From NCBI GenBank assembly GCA_965203905.1, contig CBDBDQ010000005.1, positions 6,368,001 to 6,432,000 on the forward strand: a stretch of DNA of 64,000 nt, in the 5' to 3' direction. Positions 60,084 to 64,000 of this stretch are shown piece after piece. Made by a program: the position numbers and the translations under genes. Positions within the stretch are counted from its first letter, which is position 1, and every line of letters begins with the position of its first letter. The notes beneath the pieces are model-generated. The model ran no database searches and was not told the DNA's origin. It saw only the letters and a list, made by a program, of their open reading frames with translations. Source of the stretch: Spirochaetia bacterium. Lineage in GTDB: Bacteria; Spirochaetota; Spirochaetia; SZUA-6; Bin103.

Positions 60084-62132
60084 CTAGCGGCCGGCGGCCG
60101 CGGCCTCGGCGGCCTGCGAGCGCTTGATCACGTCCTCGGCCAGCCGTCCGGTGATCGGCGCGTAGTGGTCGAATTGCATCTCGAACGACGCGGTCCCGGA
60201 GGTCATCGACTTGAGGTCGATGGCGTAGCGCAGCAGCTCCGCCTGCGGCACCAGCGCCTTGATCTCGAGGATGCCGGCGCCGATCGGCTCCTGCCCCTGA
60301 ATGCGCCCGCGACGACCGCTCAGATCCGACAGCACGTCGCCCAGGTACTGTTCCTCGGCATACACCGTCAGGTCGCACACCGGCTCCAGGAGCACCGGCT
60401 TCGCCTGCTGCACCGCGTCACGCAGCGCGCCGCGAGCCGCCAGTGCGAACGCCAGCTCCGAGGAGTCCACCGAGTGCTCCTTGCCGTCCACCAGCGTCGC
60501 CTCGATGCCCATCACGGGAAAGCCGGCCAGCACGCCGCCGGCCATCCCTTCGCGCAGGCCCTTCTCCACGCCGGGAATATAGCCCCGCGAGATGGCGCCG
60601 CCGACGATCTGGTTGACGAACTCGAACTCCTCGCCGTTGGGCAGCGGCTTGATCTTGATCTCCACCTTGGCGTACTGGCCGTGGCCGCCGGTCTGCTTCT
60701 TGTGCTGATACTCGGCCGCTGCCGATCCGGTGATGGTCTCGCGGTAGGCGATGCGCGGGACGTTGGTCGCCACCTCCACCTTGGCGTTGTTCTTGAGCCG
60801 TTCCAGCGCGATGGAGAGCTGCAACTCGCCCATGGTGGATACCACCGTCTCCCTGGTCTCGCCGTTGTAGCGGACGCGGAAGGTCGGATCTTCCTCCGCT
60901 GCCCGGCTCAGGAATTGCCCCAGCTTGTCCTCGTCCTTCTTGGACTCCGCCGCCACCGTCACCGCGTGCACCGGCTGCGGCAAGTCCAGCGGCGGGTAGT
61001 TCAGCTCCCGATCCTGCGCCAGCGTGTCACCGGTGGCCGCGCTGGCGAGCTTGGTGAGCACGCCCAGGTCACCAGCGGCCAGCGCCGGAACATCCTTCAG
61101 GTCGGCGCCTTGCAGCAGGAACAGCTTGGTGATCCGCTCCTTCTTGCCGTCGCGGGTCGTGACCAGGTCCGCGTCCGGGGTCAGCCGGCCGCTCATCACC
61201 TTGATCCAGGACAGCTTGCCGGAGTACTGGTCCAGACTGGTCTTGAACACGAATGCCGACGGCTCCCCGTCGGCACTCACCTGCGGCTCTCCGGCCGCCT
61301 CCAGCGGCGACGGTGCCGCCAACCGGATCAGGTCCAGCAGGCTGGCGACCCCGGCATTGAGCGTGGCGGCGCCGGCCACCACCGGAACCACCACGTTCTC
61401 CTTGAGCGACGCCGCCAGACCGGACCGCACTTCCTCCTCGCTCAAGGTCTCCTCTTCGAGATACTTCTCCATCAGCGCGTCATCGCCTTCGGCCGCGCCC
61501 TCGATCAGACCCTGCCGGTACTCCTCGACGGCGTCCGCGGCCGCGTCCGGCACGGCGCCGGCAGACTCCTTGCCACCGGTGTGCGACAACGCCTTGCCGC
61601 TGATCAGATCCACCACGCCGGCAAACCCGTCGCCGGCGCCGATCGGCACCACCACCGGCACGAAGTTGCCTGCCAGCTTTTCCCGCAGATCCGCGATCAC
61701 GCTGGCGAAGTCGGCGTGCTCCTTGTCCATCTGGTTGACGAACACGGCGCGCGGCATGCCGGCCGCCTCCAGGCGCCGCCACAGCTTGGCGGTCTCGATC
61801 TGCACGCCCACGTCGGCGCCTACCGTGACCACCGCCAGCTCGGCCACGTGCAACGCCGCCACCACGTCGCCGACGAAGTCCGCCGACCCCGGGGTGTCAA
61901 GCAGATTGATCTTGGTACCCTTCCACTGCAGGTGGCCCATCGCGGTGTGCACGGAGATGCCGCGTGCGATCTCCTCGGGCGCGTGATCGCTCACCGACTT
62001 GCCGCCGTCGACCGGAGCGAACTTGGCTACTTCGCCGGCCTGCACCAGGGCCTGCTCCAGCAGGGAGGTCTTTCCGGTTCCGCCGTGTCCGATGATCGCG
62101 ACGTTGCGGATGTCGGAAGATGACGTGCTCAT
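60084..62132 (-). CDS. Elongation factor G-like protein (EF-G II subfamily)
   Basis: GHGGTGKT, RGISV, DTPGSADF, NQMD, KKQTGGHGQY. Confidence 0.92.
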   Translation of the reverse strand: MSTSSSDIRNVAIIGHGGTGKTSLLEQALVQAGEVAKFAPVDGGKSVSDHAPEEIARGISVHTAMGHLQWKGTKINLLDTPGSADFVGDVVAALHVAELAVVTVGADVGVQIETAKLWRRLEAAGMPRAVFVNQMDKEHADFASVIADLREKLAGNFVPVVVPIGAGDGFAGVVDLISGKALSHTGGKESAGAVPDAAADAVEEYRQGLIEGAAEGDDALMEKYLEEETLSEEEVRSGLAASLKENVVVPVVAGAATLNAGVASLLDLIRLAAPSPLEAAGEPQVSADGEPSAFVFKTSLDQYSGKLSWIKVMSGRLTPDADLVTTRDGKKERITKLFLLQGADLKDVPALAAGDLGVLTKLASAATGDTLAQDRELNYPPLDLPQPVHAVTVAAESKKDEDKLGQFLSRAAEEDPTFRVRYNGETRETVVSTMGELQLSIALERLKNNAKVEVATNVPRIAYRETITGSAAAEYQHKKQTGGHGQYAKVEIKIKPLPNGEEFEFVNQIVGGAISRGYIPGVEKGLREGMAGGVLAGFPVMGIEATLVDGKEHSVDSSELAFALAARGALRDAVQQAKPVLLEPVCDLTVYAEEQYLGDVLSDLSGRRGRIQGQEPIGAGILEIKALVPQAELLRYAIDLKSMTSGTASFEMQFDHYAPITGRLAEDVIKRSQAAEAAAAGR

Positions 62133-62221
62133 GGCTGTGAGACTCCTTGTCGGGGAAGTGGCAGGCGCATCATGAGCCGCTCAGGGGGACGATTGCGGGA
62201 GACGGCACCGTACCGTCAGGC

Positions 62222-62250
62222 ATAGTAGGTCCGCGCACTCTTCTTGTCAA
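62222..62250 (-). promoter_or_regulatory. Near-consensus sigma70 promoter for the EF-G II gene
   Basis: TTGACA-17 nt-TACTAT. Confidence 0.7.
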
Positions 62251-62294
62251 CGTTGCGCATTGCCTCGCGGTGCTCGCTGCGGGCCCGCTCAGGC

Positions 62295-64000
62295 TCAGTT
62301 GGCGTCGCTGCGGGGGGCGAAGTGGGTGAAGGTCATGGCGAAGGAGGCGCGGCCCTGGGTGAGGCTGCGCAGGGCGGTGGAGTAGCCGAACAGGCGCGCC
62401 AGGGGGGCGTGTGCCCTCACCTGCTCGCTGGTGGCGCGAGACTCGACCGCCAGCACGGTGGCGTTGCGCGTACCCAGGTTGCCGATCACCTCGCCCACGA
62501 ACTCCCGCGGCACACTGACGTCGAGCTCCATGATCGGCTCCAGCAAGGCCGGCCCCGCTTCGCGGCAGGCATCGTAGAAGGCCATCGCCCCCGCCGCCTC
62601 GAACGCCAGCGCCGACGAGGTGGCGGCATCGTAGACGGCGGCCTCGATGGTGGCCGCGATGTCGATGGTCGGGTAGCCGTACAGCACGCCCGAATTCATG
62701 GCGTTGCGGACCCCCACCTGCACCGCCTCGGCTACCTCGGCCGGCAGCGCTTCCGGTGCCAGTTCGCTGCGTACGGCGTTGCCGTTGCCGCGCGCCTGCG
62801 GCTTGACCCGCAGCGTGAGCTCGGCCACGTGCACCGCTCCGGCGATGGTGCGCTGGTAGCGCTGATGGAATCGAGCGCTGCCGGTGATCGACTCCCGGTA
62901 GGCCACCTGTGGCTGACCGATCCGCGCCGGCACGCGGAACTCCTCGGCCAGACGCCGCATCACCACGTCGAGGTGCAGCTCGCCCATTCCGGAGATCACG
63001 ATCTGCCCGGTCTCGTCGCTCTCCTGCACGAAGAAGGTCGGGTCTTCGCGCGCCACCAGCTCCAGCGCGGCGCGTACCCGCGCGGCGTCGGAGGCGGTGA
63101 GCGGCTCCACCGCGGCAGAGATCACCGGCTCGGGAAACGCCATCCGTTCCAGCAGCAGGTCGACGCGGTCGCCGCCCAGCGTGTCGCCGGTCTGGACCTG
63201 CTTGAACCCTACGGCCACCGCGATATCGCCGGCGGCCAGCTCGGTCAGCGGCTCCGAGCGATTGGCGCGCATGCGCAGCAGGCGTCCGATCCGCTCGCGT
63301 CCGCCACGTCCGACATTGCGCACCGTGGAGCCGCTCTTGAAGCTCCCGGCATAGGCCCGAACGTAACTGAGCAATCCGGCCTCGCGGTCGCTGCGCAACT
63401 TGAACACCAGGCCCACCGGGGGTCCGGCGCCGCCCTTCGGCACCGCGGCGGCGTCGCCGGAGCGGGTCAGCGCGGAGGGTGGCGGCACGTCGTCCGGCGC
63501 CGGCAGGTAGTCGACCACGGCATCCAGCAGCGGCTGCACGCCCGAGTTGCGCAACGCCGCCCCGCACAGCACCGGGACCAGCGTCCCGGCTATCGTGCGC
63601 CGGCGCAGCTCCGCGCGCAGCAGCGGCGGCGGGATCGGCTCCCCCTCCAGGTAGCGCGCGGTGATCTCGTCCGACTCATTGGCCAGCTCGTCGAGCAGCC
63701 GTTCCCTGGCGTCCGCCACCGACTGCTGCAGCGGCGCGGGGACCGGCACCCGCTCGACCACTTCACCGTGGGCGCCGCCGAAGCGGAGCCCGACCTGGTC
63801 GATCAGGTCGGCAACGCCGGTAAAGGCGCCCTCGGTGCCGAACGGAAGCTGCACCGGTACCGGCCTGCCACCCAGCTTGCGTTCCATCTCGGCGAGCACC
63901 GCGTCGAAGCGCGCTCCGATGCGGTCGAGCTTGTTGATGAACGCCACCCGTGGCACACCGTAGCGGTCGCTCTGGCGCCACACCGCCTCCGACTGCGGCT
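62295..64000 (-). CDS. fusA: Elongation factor G paralogue, 5'-truncated by the window edge
   Basis: PQSEAVWRQ, FINKLDR, GVQPLLDAVVDYLP, EDPTF, GMGELHL, PQVAYRE, LRSLTQGRA. Confidence 0.9.
   Translation of the reverse strand, partial: PQSEAVWRQSDRYGVPRVAFINKLDRIGARFDAVLAEMERKLGGRPVPVQLPFGTEGAFTGVADLIDQVGLRFGGAHGEVVERVPVPAPLQQSVADARERLLDELANESDEITARYLEGEPIPPPLLRAELRRRTIAGTLVPVLCGAALRNSGVQPLLDAVVDYLPAPDDVPPPSALTRSGDAAAVPKGGAGPPVGLVFKLRSDREAGLLSYVRAYAGSFKSGSTVRNVGRGGRERIGRLLRMRANRSEPLTELAAGDIAVAVGFKQVQTGDTLGGDRVDLLLERMAFPEPVISAAVEPLTASDAARVRAALELVAREDPTFFVQESDETGQIVISGMGELHLDVVMRRLAEEFRVPARIGQPQVAYRESITGSARFHQRYQRTIAGAVHVAELTLRVKPQARGNGNAVRSELAPEALPAEVAEAVQVGVRNAMNSGVLYGYPTIDIAATIEAAVYDAATSSALAFEAAGAMAFYDACREAGPALLEPIMELDVSVPREFVGEVIGNLGTRNATVLAVESRATSEQVRAHAPLARLFGYSTALRSLTQGRASFAMTFTHFAPRSDAN

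Overview
High-GC bacterial DNA, most likely a Spirochaetota member. Support: alpha2-type glyQS, two lnt paralogues, the gltX-glyQS-tyrS-rpsT-HU-lnt-RR-rho run, and '-FAGG-/-WASG-' binding-protein leaders. The PhyH, CRTAC1, AAA/PD-(D/E)XK and urease content resembles marine sponge symbionts (inference). From left to right: a surface/lipid-modification cluster (1-8.4 kb); a sigma54-driven urtABCDE-ureABCFG operon with no ureE and a detached ureD (9-18 kb, 26 kb); a rearrangement hotspot (18.1-26 kb) holding a ~2.8-kb tandem duplication of an AAA-ATPase/PD-(D/E)XK nuclease gene, GH32 pseudogene pieces and IS remnants; a sugar ABC operon with a duplicated permease and a CRTAC1 gene; a low-GC Septu-like ptuA with truncated ptuB; mtnN/metE-like genes; a Phd-VapC TA pair; glycan-catabolic genes; tRNA-Leu(UAA); and a housekeeping block ending in two tandem EF-G paralogues. 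The most unusual signal is that the two AAA/nuclease copies differ in patches (~85% aa identity by manual count, one with its nuclease active site deleted) while their non-functional flanks are nearly identical. All calls come from motif recognition by eye; no searches were run.
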